Source: the human T2T-CHM13v2.0 reference genome, Homo sapiens
DNA: 64,000 bases
Assembly: GCF_009914755.1 (NCBI RefSeq)
Contig: NC_060926.1
Strand: one strand, 5' to 3'
Of the stretch, positions 1 to 14,826 are shown piece after piece. The notes below the pieces were generated by a model. The model did not search any database, was not told the origin of the DNA, and saw nothing but the letters and a program-made list of their open reading frames with translations. Both the position numbers and the translations under genes were made by a program. Numbering within the stretch: position 1 is the stretch's first letter; every line of letters begins with the position of its first letter.

Positions 1-166
1 GCACTTGGGAGATTAATAAATATATTTTAGGGTGAAGTTGAGGAGCCATGGAGATACAGATTTGAAGAATATTGGCTTGCTAGCGATATGAGCCCATAAT
101 AAGTTCATGAACATACATTTCTCTTTTCAATCCTTCTAAATGAAAAGTTCATGGTTCAGAATGAAT

Positions 167-456
167 AGCCAGCTCAGCTCAGTGGCTCATGCCTGTAATC
201 CAACACTCTGGGAGGCCAAGAATGGTGTATTGTTTGAGCCCAGGGGTTCAGGACCAGACTGGCCAAAATAGTGAGACCCTTTCTCTACAAAAAATTTGAA
301 AAAAAATGTAGCTGGGTATGGCAGCATGTGCCTGTGGTCCCAGCCACTCAGGAGGCTGAGGTGGGAGGCTGGCTTGAGCCTGGGAGGTTGAGGCTGCAGT
401 AAGCTATGATCACACCACTGCACTCTAGCCTGGGCAGTAGAGTGAGACCCTGCCTC

Positions 457-483
<27 letters not shown>
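167..483 (+). mobile_element. Alu SINE, AluJ-like, full length
   Basis: Begins ...tggctcatgcctgtaatcc; central A-rich linker; J-type gaggctggcttgagcctgggaggttgaggctgcagt; ends in a long poly(A) at ~457-483. Confidence 0.95.
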
Positions 484-488
<5 letters not shown>

Positions 489-526
489 AGCACACCAAAG
501 AACTACAGTAACTGCCTTACCAATAA

Positions 527-656
527 CCCATTTATGCCTGAGGTTGCAATTTTTTGAACTTTTGCAATCAGACTTTGGCAATGACCTTGAGCAATAGGAT
601 ATAAATAACACTCACATGCTTGGTGTTCCAATAATGGAACACTAGGCATAAATGGG
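527..656 (-). mobile_element. MER85 piggyBac (PGBD3-family) MITE, 130 bp
   Basis: Perfect 13-bp terminal inverted repeats CCCATTTATGCCT...AGGCATAAATGGG; degenerate TTAA flanks (ATAA 523-526, CTAA 657-660); internal palindrome TGTTCCA-ATAA-TGGAACA 624-641; body matches recalled MER85 consensus. Confidence 0.93.
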
Positions 657-3229
657 CTAATGGCACAGGCTGAAGGCTGATATGTCTTGGAAATAGTCAA
701 CCCTAATGAGGTCTGAGAGGGTAAAGATCATACTATGAAGCTTTCCTAAAGGAAGCTGCTCTTATTTGCAGTCTGAGTGGAGGAGTAGGCACCTGGTCAA
801 TGAGATAATGAAAAGATGAGTTTCCAGAACCATTCCACATCTGTGGACATGTTGGGTCAATGTAAGGAATTAGCCAAATCAGTGATCACCAGCCACTATC
901 TTGTGCCAAATTGCCTTCTCAATACCCAGAGCCCCTAATTTGACAATTGCTGAGAACCAGTGACATCAACAGTAATATCTAACAGGAAAGTGGCAGGTGG
1001 TCTTCAGATACTAGTTTTGATAAGGGCCCACTTGCATTTATTTTTAGGTCCATCTTTCAGGGTGTTCTCTCTCAGAAAGATAAAAATCCCATTCAGTCCC
1101 AGCATCTTTTCACAGGCATGCTGCACCTCTGTGGTCATGAAATCTCTCCTTACTCTTTCCTAACTTTGGCCCTTTCTGTAGCTCTCTTAATGGCACCATC
1201 CCCCTCCTTGACATTGAAGTTCCCAGCCACAAAGGGTTTGACTTCTTCTTTCTTGAAAATTCCCACTCATCATCCCCCAGCCTCCCAACGAGTTTTTAAT
1301 AAGTTGTGGATTTCTGCCAATTCTATGCAGTCATTTAGTCATTCATTGAGACTTCACAGCCCTAAATCATCAAATCCTGATTGGATCAAGGTTTCTGCCT
1401 GCCAAAAGAAAATGAAACTTCTCTGAAGAACAACAACCTTTAGAGCTTCTGGAATTCAATAAAATATTACCAGAAAGGACAGGAAACAGAGCCAAATGAC
1501 CCAAAGCCAATATAAAAAGCAATGGAAAAAAATAAAAACAGACCTTGAAGTCTGATATTGGAGTTATCAAATATAGACTTTAGAATAATTATAATATGTT
1601 CAAGAAGACAGATGAGCAATAAAGAATTTCATTAGAAAACGGGAATTTATAAGAATCAAATGGAAATTCTAGAAGTGAAAAATACAATAACGAATTAATA
1701 ATTCAATAGATGAGTTTAACAGTAGATTAGACACAAGAGAACAGAAAATTAGGATACTGGAAGAGAGACTCACAGAAAATGCCCTGATTGAATAATAGGA
1801 AGAAGAAAAAAAAGACAGAATATACAGAAAAGAATTCAAGAGACACGTGAGTCACAATGAAAAGGTCTAAAATACATATAATTTGAAGTCCCAGACAAGA
1901 GGAAAGAGGGAAAGGACAGAGGCAATATGTGAAGAAATACTGGCTGACAATTTTTCAAAATTAACAAAAACTTCAAACTTCTCTGTGAGTCCCACATAGA
2001 ATAAATGTAAAGAAAACTATGCCTAGTCACATCATAATAAAGCTGCTGAAAATCAAAGACAGAAAGGAAATCTTTAAAATAGCCAGAGAGGAAAAGACAC
2101 ATTACCTCCAAACAAGCATTGATAAAACTGACAACTGACTTCAACAGAGGCAAGGAAGGCCGAAAGAGAACAGAGTGATGTCTTTAAAGTGCTAGCAGAA
2201 AATGACTGCCAGCCAAGAATTATTTACCCAGTGAGAATATTCTTCAAAAATCAAAGTGAAATAAGACATTTCAGACAAAACAGCTGAATTTTTTTTTTTT
2301 TTTGCCAGCAGACCCTTACTAAAAGAAATATTAACGCAAGCTCTTGAAGCAAGAGGAAATTTTTCCCAAATGGAGGCAACAGTCATAGAAGAAGGAATAA
2401 AGAGCAATGGCAAGGGAAAATACGTGGAAATATTTAAATGAATTTTGGCTAATTAATATAATAATAGTGTCTTCAGATATGTAAAATATGTGTAGCTGTA
2501 AAATACATGACAACAAAAGGATAAAAGAAAGGATGGTGGCTAGTGGAGTTTAAGTAATCAGGTTCTTGCCTTGTTCAGGAGTGGCAAGCATACTAATTTA
2601 AGATATACTCTAATGGTCACTAGGGTAACCATGAACAGCATAGTAAAATAATATATAACTATATTTTAATGGAATACACAATTAAGTAGGATACACAGTT
2701 AACAGGATGCAAAATTAAATACTTTTAATTATGTTAATAGGATATATAATTAAATACTTTTCTACAGAGAATATTCCAGGCCAAGTTGGCTTTATCAATG
2801 AGTTCTTCCAAATATTTAAAGATGCAGTAAAACCAATTTCACACAAACTCTTAGCAGAAGATAGAAAAACAAAGATTTTCTGTCTTGTTTTATAAAGTTA
2901 GCATAACTTTGATAACAAAATCTAAGAAGGCTACAAGAAGGAAAAATTACAGGTCAATCTCTCTTATTAGCATAGATGCAAAAGTTCTAGACAAAGTATT
3001 AACAGATCGGTATGAATTATATATCAAATAGGTAATACATCACAAAAAGTTGAGCTTATTCCAGTATATAAGGTTGGTTTAATTCTCAAAACTCAATCCA
3101 TATAACCCACTATATTAATAGAAAAAAGAATAAGCAGTATACAGTTGTCTTGATAAATACAGAAAAAGCATTTGATATCATTCATTACCTATTCGTGATG
3201 AAAAACCTCAGCACACTAGGAATAGCAGT

Positions 3230-4025
<796 letters not shown>

Positions 4026-5260
4026 GAAGGAAACTTCCTCAATCTGACAAATGGTATCTCTGAATATCCTACAGCTAACTTCATACTTAATGATGAAATA
4101 TTGAAAGCTTTCCCTTTGAATTAAGGAAGAAGACAATGAGGCTCCCTGTTACCACTTCTAACATACATTTTACTAGTTCTCTTAGCCAATACAATAAGGC
4201 AAGAAAAAGAAATAAAAGGCACATTTGGAAAAAAAATAAAATGATCAACTAGAATCAATAGGTGAATTTAACATGGTTTTTGAATACACAGTCAATACTG
4301 TATACAACAAAAATTACATTTTTAAATACTAGTCACAAAAGAAAAAATGAATCTTTAAAAATAACTTTTATAAAAACACTTAAAAGTCACAAAAGAGTAA
4401 GTTTAAAGAAATATTGGCAAGAATACAAAGAAAACTAAAAACAATTACCTGGAGAAATTAAAGAAGATCTGATAAATGAAAATTTATCATGTGTTAAGGA
4501 CTGGAAGACTCACTATAGTTAGAATGTCAGGTCTCCTCAAATCTGTAGATTAAACTTAATCCCAATCAAAATCTCAGCAGAATTGTGTGTATTTGTACTG
4601 TGTGACAATTTATGAGATGATTCTAAAATACACGTAGAAATGCAAAAGGCAAAGCATGGCAAAGATGATCTTGAAGAACAAAGTTGGAGCACTTACAGTA
4701 CCAGATATCAAGACATATTATAAAGCTCCTGTATTTAAAACAGTGTGGTACTTGTGCAAATATAGACAAACAGAGAAGTTTGTCTTCTCTGAATGAAGTC
4801 CAGGAACAAACCTATTCTTAAAACCACCTGATTCACAGCAAAGATGCCATTGCAATGCAGTGGAGAAAGGAGAATCTTTTCAACATAAATGAGCCTATAC
4901 CTCTACTTAATGCTAAATGAATTATAGACCTAAATGTGAAAGGAAAAACAATAAAGTTTCTAGAAGATGACATAGAAGAATATATTTATGATATCAAGGT
5001 AAGTAAAGATTTCTTGAATAGGATATAAAAAGCAGTAAATGGAAAGGCAAGCCACAGATTTGGAGAAAATATCTGCAATATTCACAATGTATACATCTTA
5101 AGGACTGTTGTCTGTAATATATAAAGAAGCCCTAAAATCATTAAGAAAAATACAAACAATACAACAAAAAAGGGTAAAAAGACTTGCACAGGACCTTCAC
5201 AAAAGAAATATTCAATAAGCATATGAAAGGTGTTCAAAATCATTACTCATCAGGGAAATG

Positions 5261-5480
<220 letters not shown>

Positions 5481-8400
5481 ATACTTCCTATCCACCAGAA
5501 TGGCTAAAAACAAACAAACGAACAAAAAATGGACCCTACCAAGTTGTTGAGACTATGGAGCACATTCTCAATACATTGCTGGGAGGAGTTAAGTTGGTAC
5601 AATTACTTTGGCAAACTGTTCCAGAATATCTTCTAAAGCTGACTAGACACACATTTTTACCCTCCTAAGTAAACATCCAAAAGAAATGTATATATGCTCC
5701 AAAAGACAAGTATAAGGATAACCTAATTCACTGGATATATTGTGGTATGTTTATACAATGAAATAGTCTGCAACAACAACAAAATTGAATTACTGCTACA
5801 TACAACTAAACAGGAATATCTCACAGACACAAAATAGTTAATACTATCAAATAAAGTTACACAAAATTTAAAAACAGGAAAATCTAATCTATAGGGAAAG
5901 AAGTCAAATAGTAATGATCTTTAAGGGACTGTAATGACTGGGAGGGGGCATAAGATGGCTTCTTACCTGCCGGTAAGTGTTTCACATCTTGGTCCGAGTG
6001 GTAATTCCATGAATGATTTCCTTTTGTAAAAATGTATCCACTGACGTGTGGTTTTAGTGTATGTATGCTCTATAACATAAAGCTAGCTTAAAAAAAGGAA
6101 AAATAGCAACGACGGCTGGTTGTGCTGATGGTGACAAGGATGACTTCCTAATTCTGAGGTTTGATATTTTTCCAAACGCCAAAGTTGTGTGCTCTATTTA
6201 AAATCACATGTAGATTTCCAGTTACCTTGTGTAACTAACTCTACAGAAATAATATCTGAATTTTTTGCCTCTAGGAAAAAATTGTGGATTCAGGAATATG
6301 CTGTGTTTCACAAGACAGAACTGCAGTACAGAAACGTATTCGTGAATTAATTTTTTATTCTGTTGGATTTGGGGAGGTTTAGTTCAGGCTGATTTTCTAG
6401 TGCGATATAAGTGGGGGAGAGGTGGAGCAAGGGGTGGTTCATCAGATCAAGTTGAAAAGCCAAGATAGAAGCACAAAAGCCTGAACAAATTATCTACTGC
6501 GAGGCCTTTGCTGGACGGGGCCTGGCTGCCACACCTGCTGCTGGTCAGGGCCCAGGCACTGGTGTTCACTTTGAAGAGAGGAGTTAGGGAACCCCTTGAA
6601 GTTTCTGCAGAAGAAACCGCCAGGCTCCTGTGTACCCCCTGCTCCTGCATTCCTTCTTCTTATCTCCTCCACTCACTCATCTTCCCTATGAGTCTCTGAG
6701 CCCTTCCGCTGACTTCCTGCAGAAGCATCAGACAACTCGAGAGGGCGGAAAATGGAGAAGAAAGGCCAAGCAAGGCAGTGGGCGAGGTCAGAGGCCCTGT
6801 AGCCTGTCCTGGAGAAACCCCTTCCTTGCTGAACCAGAGCCACCATCGCTGGAAGACCTCAGGCCTCAGGGAGCTCAAGGGGGCAGCAAAAGAGGAAGAC
6901 TGCCCTTTACTTAATGTCTCCTCCCAACTCCACATCCCCTCAGGTAACACAGTTACCATCTGACTGTGGAAGAAATAGGCCCCAAGAGGTGAACTCTCCT
7001 GCCCAAGGTCACACGGCGTAGGTGGCAGAATCCGCCTCTCCCGCCATCTTTTCCCAGAATCCCTCCCTCCACTAAGGGAATCCTTCAATCTCCAGGTCCA
7101 CACACTGGAGAACATTCCTGAACAGTCTCGGGCCCGCCGGACGAGGCTGCATCTCCAGGCCCTCCCAGACCACACTAGAGGGAGGCAGCTGTCGCCATCC
7201 TCATTGTTCCCCTGAAGTGAGTGGCTAAGCCCCTGCTAGCTCTATGTAGAGATCGGCGACCCCCTGGGGCCAATCTCCCTTTGGTCCTGGCCTCTCAGTC
7301 AAAGGTTTGGAAAATGTGGCTGGAAATTTAAGACAGCCTAGAGCACAGCTGGCTCCCACTGAGTGAACAGCGCTGAGGCCCCGATAAAGGCTCATTCATC
7401 TCTGGGAGCTTCATGCTTGGAAGACTCTGAGTGCCTGAAGAGGAATTGTGCAAACTGCCATCACAATAAACAGAGAGAGAGAGCATGTCTATAAAATCCC
7501 AGACAGGCGGCAAATGAGAACGGTGACATCGAGTCTCACAACTGCAATGAAGTGAAAGTCTCTTGGTCCTCCCGTGTGGGGCTGCTTCGGACAGATGGGG
7601 CAGGGACAGTGGGGCAGAGACTCAGGCCAGGGAGCAGCCTGCTCCTCCAGCGCTGCCTATGGGCGGGAGTGGTCAGGAGACTCCCTCTAGAACAACTTAG
7701 GATGCTGGGACCACCAGGGTTTGTTGCTCACTTTACAGATGAGGAGACACAAGCTGCGGCTCAGACCCAGCCTTTAGCTGCCAACCCAAATGCTGCCCTC
7801 TCCTCCCCATGCCTGCAGGCATGCATCTAGTCCTTCATGCATCTGACATACAATGAGCGCATTCTAGGTTCTAGGCACTGCACTAAGCTCTGAAGATCAA
7901 ACCAAGGCCTAGTTTCTGGCCTGGATGATCCTACAGTACAGTAGGGACATAAAATTACCACAATCATTTTAAACACCAACATTCTTTTCCACTTGTAAAG
8001 ATAATTGTAGGAAAGATACATTATAGAAAAATATAGAAAATGAATCAAAATATCAAGAAGGAAATAAAAAACACACAGAATCCCACTCTCCAGAGACAAT
8101 CATGGTATGTGTTTAGGTATATGGAAAAAAACTCCGTGTACCCACAGGCCCCGTGCCTGCAAGAGACAGGGTGTCGGTGGTAGAAGCACAGAAGAGGGAG
8201 TGAGTAGCCCTGAGACCCGGGGGAGTTTCCCGGTGGAGAAGGAGGGCTGTGCTTCCCCGACAAGGCACAGGAGGATGCAGGGAAGTGTGCTGCATGGGCT
8301 GAGACTCAGAGCGTGTGAGGCTGCCCAGGGAAGACAGGGAGAAGAGACCAGGGAGACAGATTAGGTGTGTAAAAGAGCCCTGGGCTTTGTGGAGAGTTCG

Positions 8401-8864
8401 ATTCCATCCTGGAGCATTTCTTGCTGTGATGTCACACTGCAGAAATTAGTTGTGAGATGTATAGCTAGGAATTTGTTACTAATGACTCTCTGGGTATTGA
8501 TCACCTTGCCCTTTTATCGTTGGTTGACACTGGAGCAGATTCAAGGAGATCACCATGCACCTCGCCTCACCCTCATTCACATATGTCCTGATAGACCACA
8601 CAGAGTTGATGCGAAGGGGTGGAGCAGCAGGATCTAGGTGCAGATGTAGACTAGGGACACCCAGGCTAGAAAGGCTGTGGTGTGCAAAGGAAGAAGTGAA
8701 CCACGAGGGAGAGTTGAGCTGAGCAGTGCAGGCTGGGTAAGATTTGGGCACGTGAATAGGAGCCAAGAGATACTTCCTGGGGTGGAAGGTCTGAGTGGGT
8801 CCTAGAGCCTGGAAAGGACATCATCATCACTAACATGGCCAGTACCCCCTCATCCCACTACCCA

Positions 8865-9070
8865 GAGGCAGCATCATGCTAAAGAGAAAGGGGCTTTGCT
8901 ATATACCAGCTGTGTGGTCTGGGACACATTTACTTAAGCTTTCTGAGATTCCACATTACAAAATAAATGGCAACACTTGGCTCTCTAGTTGTGGTGAGGA
9001 TTTACTGAGATTGAAACCATGAAATTGCTTAGTGGAGTTCTTGGCACACATATGTATTCAAGTGATGTTG
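8865..9070 (+). mobile_element. MIR SINE
   Basis: accagctgtgtggtctgggacacatttacttaagctttctgag...gttgtggtgaggatttactgaga...cttggcacaca. Confidence 0.75.
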
Positions 9071-9939
9071 ATTTTCTTTCCTTCCCAGCTAAGCAAGTCA
9101 GGAAGTCCCCACCCTCAGGTTCAGAATGTTTTATCAGAGGTGCTATATGATTCTTTATAACCCAGAGTTGGTCCCAGATTTTAAAGGGCATGGACTAAAC
9201 AGATGGCTTCTCAGTGGTCCCAGATCTTCTTGTCCTGGGACACAGTGGTTCCCAAGCTGATAGATCCTAACCGGCTGCTGGTTTCAGAGGTACAGTGACA
9301 GCAGGCAGAGGGATGGAGAGGGATGCGAGGGAACTGGAGGCTCTGTGTGGGCAGGGGCAACAAGAAATGTGGGGACTTCAGATATGGCTAAAAGACTTAG
9401 GGGAAATTGCTTCCCTGGCCAGCACCAGGTGGCAATCAGGAAATCAGAGCTGAATGTGAATGTGATTTAGAATCCGAAATCTTGGGTTCTAGCTGGAGGT
9501 GCTGTGTAGGAGCCTATAGGCGAAGCAAGGAAGGCACTTCTGCCAGCAGATAACACGTTGATTTTAAGCAAAAAAGAAAAAGACTATTTTCCTGAGTCTG
9601 AGTTCAGTATTGATGAGCTGTGCAAAGCACTGTCCTTCTTGATGTATGCTCCTCCATCCATAAAAAATGAAGAGACTGTCTCACTCTCAGCTTCTCAAAG
9701 CTCCCCAGGTTTGCTGCCTGTGGCTCCAGACCCAACAGATAGAAATATGAGGATTGATATAATCACACATATGAACAGGAATACAAACACCCATGTGAAT
9801 GGAAACATACATATGAATATGGCCCATGTTGCCCTCCTCTCATCTCTAGGGGGAGGACAACTCTCACTCCATGTTCCAGTTAGAGTCAATCAGCAAACCA
9901 TGTTTTACCATACACAGGACTGTAATGATCCTGCTTTCG

Positions 9940-10085
9940 TATAAAGGGCTTTGCAGCCCCAGAACAGCCTTCACATCTATTGTCTGCCATGAGCCACACA
10001 AGCCCCTTCCAGGAAAGGTAGGGTGAGTGCTCCCATCACTGGGCATATATGGAAACAGAGCCTTGGACAGGCGGAGGACTTGCCT
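9940..10085 (-). mobile_element. MIR SINE fragment
   Basis: ccttcacatctattgtct...ggaaacagagccttggacaggcggaggacttgcc resembles the antisense MIR core. Confidence 0.6.
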
Positions 10086-10169
10086 CCCTGGTGGCCTTCT
10101 TTCCACGACTCCTCCTTCTTTCCATGACTCCCTTACCCTGTACTTAACTTGAGAAGAGCTTTGAAGTAA

Positions 10170-10470
10170 TGAGCTCATGCTGTGCTCTCAAGGCTCCTAC
10201 AGACTGACGAGGAATAAGTCATACGCATACGCAAGTCAGTTTACACTGCCAGGTGATTGAGGATTGATGCCGATCTGTATCAACGATGAGCATGGACATA
10301 TTCAAAGAAAGCGGTCACTCAAAGGCTGGGTGGCCTGAGAAGAGGCTTCAAAGAGGACCTCAGTGTTTAAGCTGGGTTTTGAAGGGCAGGCAGGATTTGG
10401 AAAGGTCAGGGAGAACAAGTGTGTCCCAGCTTGTGGGAATGGTAGGGGCAGGTGCAGAGGGTGGGAGCAT
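10170..10470 (-). mobile_element. L2 LINE fragment
   Basis: tgctctcaaggctcctacagact...gctgggttttgaagggcaggcaggattt typical of antisense L2. Confidence 0.6.
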
Positions 10471-11624
10471 AGCTGGCTTGTGAATTCAGTTACTGTTAAG
10501 ACATGTCCCCAGAGACTGACTAGCTTCAGGAACACAGAAATAAATCTAGTTTCTGGCCCTGCAAAGAATAGGACCCTAGACCTAAGTGAATGCCGTCTAA
10601 TGAAGCCTTGCCATGACATCCTGTGTCCTCATAAAAGGGTCCTAGACTGGTATGAAAGAAAGGATGTCTTCGCTATTGTGAGACTGGGCAGCCTGATCAT
10701 CTTGGAGAGAAAGGGAGTGTGTTAGAGAGAGCTCTAGAGCCTGGGAGCACTCAGGGTTCCCTGAACATCTCCCATCTCCTGTGATGTCCCCGAAATGATG
10801 GCTCACCCTGAAGCAGGCAGATCTACACTGCCCTGGGGAAAGACCCTATCCTGAGCTTTCTGGGATGGCAGCAGGAGATAGTAGTAGGTTCTGAGACCTC
10901 AACCACAGCCTCAGTCTTTCTTCATACACAGATCTGTTGCCAAGACCTAGGAGGTAGCTAACAAGCAGGCCCAGAGGACGCTTGAACACACAGGCCTGAA
11001 ACTCATTCTTCACCCGCTTGGTGATTTTGGAATTAATTAAATATCCTATCTTACCAAAGCTTTAGGGTGTTTTGCTCTAGAAAGCTTCTTTTCTCTTAAC
11101 TAAATTGAAGCCCATAAATGAGAAATACAGTGCATGAAATCTCTGGATGTCACACCATAAATCTCAAGCATGTGGCTTTGCAAATCTCCTTTAGGATAAA
11201 TTGTAGCAATAAAGTGTTTGCATTTTCTTCATGTATTGCTGGGTTCAGGGAGTTGAGCCTTCTCTAGTCACAGGCAATTTGATTGAAGACCACAGGGTCA
11301 CACAGGGGGACATGGGGCAGCTTGGCTGTGGGTCTGGGGATGGCTGGTCCTTTGCTCTCCTACCACCGCCCCCAGATGAGTGGGTGCCCTCTGCTCTGGC
11401 AGTGACCTTGGCAAAATTAGGAAGATCTGGAAGATAACATTCTTCTCAGGGGTGGAAAGGATAGGTTCAGACTGGGAAAAGGACATGAGAGTCTTGAAAT
11501 CTGGTACAGGAAATCTTTGACCTAAAATATACCAGACACATAACTCAAAGTTGTTTGTTCTTCCTAAACAGCCCTTCTCACTCCCTTCAACTAACCGTTC
11601 CTGGGCATTTTGTTCTTTCAGCTA

Positions 11625-12040
11625 AATACTAAACAGCAGCTTTAAAAATACATGTGACTTTGTATATTTCAGCACAGAAAAATCCCCAAAACATAATGTG
11701 GAGTGAAAAACACAAGTTGCAAAAGAGATATACAGTGTGATAAAAACAGGAATATGCATTGACTATGGTATGGACACATAGTATACAGGAAAAGTACAGT
11801 CTCATGTGGAATAACACCAGCAACCTCAGCAGAGTGACGTGAGGCTGAAGGAGGATGAGGCGAGGCTTTAGATTTATTTATTTAAAAAAAGGAAAGAAAA
11901 ACAAAGCAAATAGGGTGAAATATTAATATCTGCTAATTCTAAGTGGTGGGGATGGAGCTGTTTGTAATATTTGTGATATTATTTTCTATGTCTCTAAAAT
12001 ATTTCATAACTGAAAGTAAAATATTATTTTAAAAACAATG
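11625..12040 (+). mobile_element. Ancient L1ME-type 3' end
   Basis: aaaacataatgtggagtgaaaaacacaagttgcaaaag...aaagcaaatagggtgaaatattaata. Confidence 0.7.
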
Positions 12041-12430
12041 AAAATTATAATTTCTTCTGGCATTTGGAGAGGTGTGAATCTTTTCAGAGTTTGCTGAGTT
12101 AAATGGGACTGTTTATCTCTAAACTGTGTATGGTCCTAGGTGATTGTCTGTTATATTTCTTGTCTCTGCTTTTTATTGCCCCGTTGCCCCAGGGATGAGT
12201 TGACACTTCTTGCTGTTGTCAGTCAATCTGCCCACTCACTTCACACAGCAGTCAAGAGCAGAGGCCAGTCAGACGCAGGGAGGAAAGCAGAAGTGGGGCT
12301 GGCTGGCTCAGGCCGGGGGCTACAGGCACTCTCCAGCAACACGCAGGCAGATGCAAAAGTGGGAACTCAGAAAGCTCAGGGAACAGACATCTTAAAAAAA
12401 AAAAAAAAAAAAAAAAGCCATCATTTAAGC

Positions 12431-12578
12431 CAGCACTTCTCAATGCTTAAATGTGCACAGGAATCTCTTAGAGACCTTGCAGATTCTGATTCACCAGGTC
12501 TGGGCAAGGCCAAAGATTCTGCATTTCCAATGAGCTCCCAGGCAATGCCGAGGTTGCTGGTCCAGGGACCACTGGAGC
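12431..12578 (-). mobile_element. MER5A hAT-Charlie MITE
   Basis: gattctgattcaccaggtctggg...gattctgcatttccaatgagctcccaggcaatgccgaggttgctggtccagggaccac is the reverse of the MER5A consensus. Confidence 0.85.
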
Positions 12579-14333
12579 AAAGTCCCTAACAAGGAAAAGA
12601 GATCCGGCATGATCCTTTGAACCATCTCATATATCACGTGGGTGTATTCCTGTAATGGGGGCCCATGCTCCTGTGTTTGAGGACCAGCTTCAGATTTAGT
12701 GAACGCGAGACCTGAGCGATTATTCTCGAACAGCAAGGGAGTTTCAGTCATTCACCCAAGCCATGCAGCTGGTAATGGCAGATCTGGACTAGCACTTGGA
12801 ATCCTGGTTTGTAGTTCAGTGCTTTAACTATTTTACCATTTCATCATTTTCCTCTTAGTAAGAAAACAAACTTGACGGTAAGAATTCATTAAATTGCCAA
12901 TATATTTGGCTTTAAGCAACTCCCCTGTAAACAAATTTAGATTTAAAATAGAAGAGCAATGTGGAAGGGAAGACAATTATTTTTCAGTCTTTATCATAAG
13001 ATTCCTGGAAACTACAAGCTCCCATAATACACTTCACATTTAATTTGATTTTACCAAAACTCAATTTATACATATTATGTTATCAGCACACATTGCATAG
13101 ATAAGGCCTACCTTAACTGATTAATGTGCTTCTGTCAGACTCTACATCTCTGTCTTCATTGAGGTTTCTAGAATCTCCGACTTTGGCAAAGCTTCTTCCC
13201 TAGGCCTCAAGTTTTTCATCTAAAAACTGGTGTTGAACACATCATCACTAAAGTCTTTTCAGTTTTAATGGTTTTTGAGTTTAAAGTTTTCCTCTTTGTA
13301 TACCTTAAATATGGCTTTCTGGGACTTCTCTCTCCAGCTGTCATTTTTCTCTTTGCATGGTTCACAGCTCTCCTGCTCAGAAAAGTGATAAGTGACAGGA
13401 AGGACTATTGATACAGTGGTTACTTTACATTCAGGAAAGAGGGTCAAGGTGATATTTAAAACTCAGCAACAGAATGACTTTCTGTTTGATTTTCAAAGGC
13501 TCTTAAGCCTCAATTCTTCCCACAAAGAAAGAAGGTGATTAATTGGCTGATGTCCTGCCTTCCTTAAAAGAAAGAATATGATCAGTGCAGTGGACCTACG
13601 AGGAAACCTAATCAAACCAGTTGTGGCTGTCCCTTCTTGCCTTGTGACCACAGATCTCAAATGGGAAAAGTGCAAACCTGTAGTATATCCCTCTGAATAA
13701 ATTCTGCCTCTTCCCTCAAGAAAGGCCTGGTTTGAGACCAGTACCGGGAATGAAAACCCTAGTAGCATTGGAGCCATCAAGGCTTTCTCTGGGCTTGCAG
13801 AGATATTGCTAGGGGTAGGATCAAGCTGGTCAGGATGGGATACACCAGTGGACAGTGTGCCATGAGCAGGGGAGTTATTTTACTGTTTAGAGCCATAATT
13901 TCATAAAATAGAGGGTTGGCCTGCAAGAATTTCTGGTGTCTAGTTCTAGGATTCTGTGTATGAAAGTGGACTTGGAGTGAGGGCATAAATCCCACTTCTT
14001 CAAGGTGAAGGAGAACTGAGGGGGAAAGATGCCTATGCCTACATCTGAGGGAGGAGGTATCAAATTAGGTGGCTTAGTATGCAAGAACAGAGGTTGAGGT
14101 TAGCAGAGAGGTGTGACAGCTGGCACCACCTGGGAAAAGTGACCTGATGCTTTAAATAGGCACCAAGCTAATGGTGTGAGGTGAGGTCAGGTAGGTAGGG
14201 TTTCCTCAGTTATTTACGGCATGTATCCTATGGGTCCTCAGCACAGAAGTGAGTATTGTTGGTACAATGGAATGAACTAAAAGTGTCTTGTATTTTAGCT
14301 GATGACAGAGCAGGAGAGTGCCGTAGGAGAGCA

Positions 14334-14372
14334 AAAACAACAATAACAACAACAACAACAACAACAACAAAA
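14334..14372 (+). repeat. (AAC)n microsatellite
   Basis: aaaaacaacaataacaacaacaacaacaacaacaacaaaaa. Confidence 0.95.
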
Positions 14373-14826
14373 ACTGAGAAACTCTGAGACCTGGTCTTTG
14401 GATAAGAAAGTTCTTTAGTCTTCCATGACGACTACATGGATTACTAAAATCCACAGTAGGAAGCTCCCCAAGAGAGTGTGTGCATGAAGGGGCGATAGGA
14501 GGCAAGGAGATAATGGAGAGTGCCAATGGCAGCATGCTTTGATTTACAGCCCTGCCTTGGATCTGCCTGCTTTTCTTCTACTAGGCTATTCCTACGCAGT
14601 TATTGGGCTGAGAAGACTGAATGAGCAACATGTGTTCTAGAATAGGAAACCCAAAGGGCAGGAACTTGGAAAAGACTGTGGTAAATATTTGCACTTGAAA
14701 AGAGAGCAGGAATAGGAGTTACAAGATTAGGTTCTGGTCCCCAGCAAGCTGTATGACCTGGGTAAGCATCTCCCTCTCCCAGAGACTTAGTTCTCTTAGG
14801 TACGAAATGAGAAAATATATTATCTC

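Noticed and set aside
187-611. Alu-overlapping ORFs (also 3518, 20925, 30832, 38185, 59049)
   Set aside because: Typical Alu translation artefacts
6660-7175. 171-aa minus-strand ORF and overlapping ORFs
   Set aside because: No recognisable domain, partly overlaps a MIR remnant, and is expected by chance in GC-rich sequence
9418-9437. CTCF-like motif ccagcaccaggtggcaa
   Set aside because: Mismatch at a core position; not supportable without ChIP data
9558-9944. 128-aa ORF with THMNRN/THVNGN/IHMNM repeats
   Set aside because: Produced by a short degenerate ~18-24 bp tandem repeat; non-ATG start and no exon support
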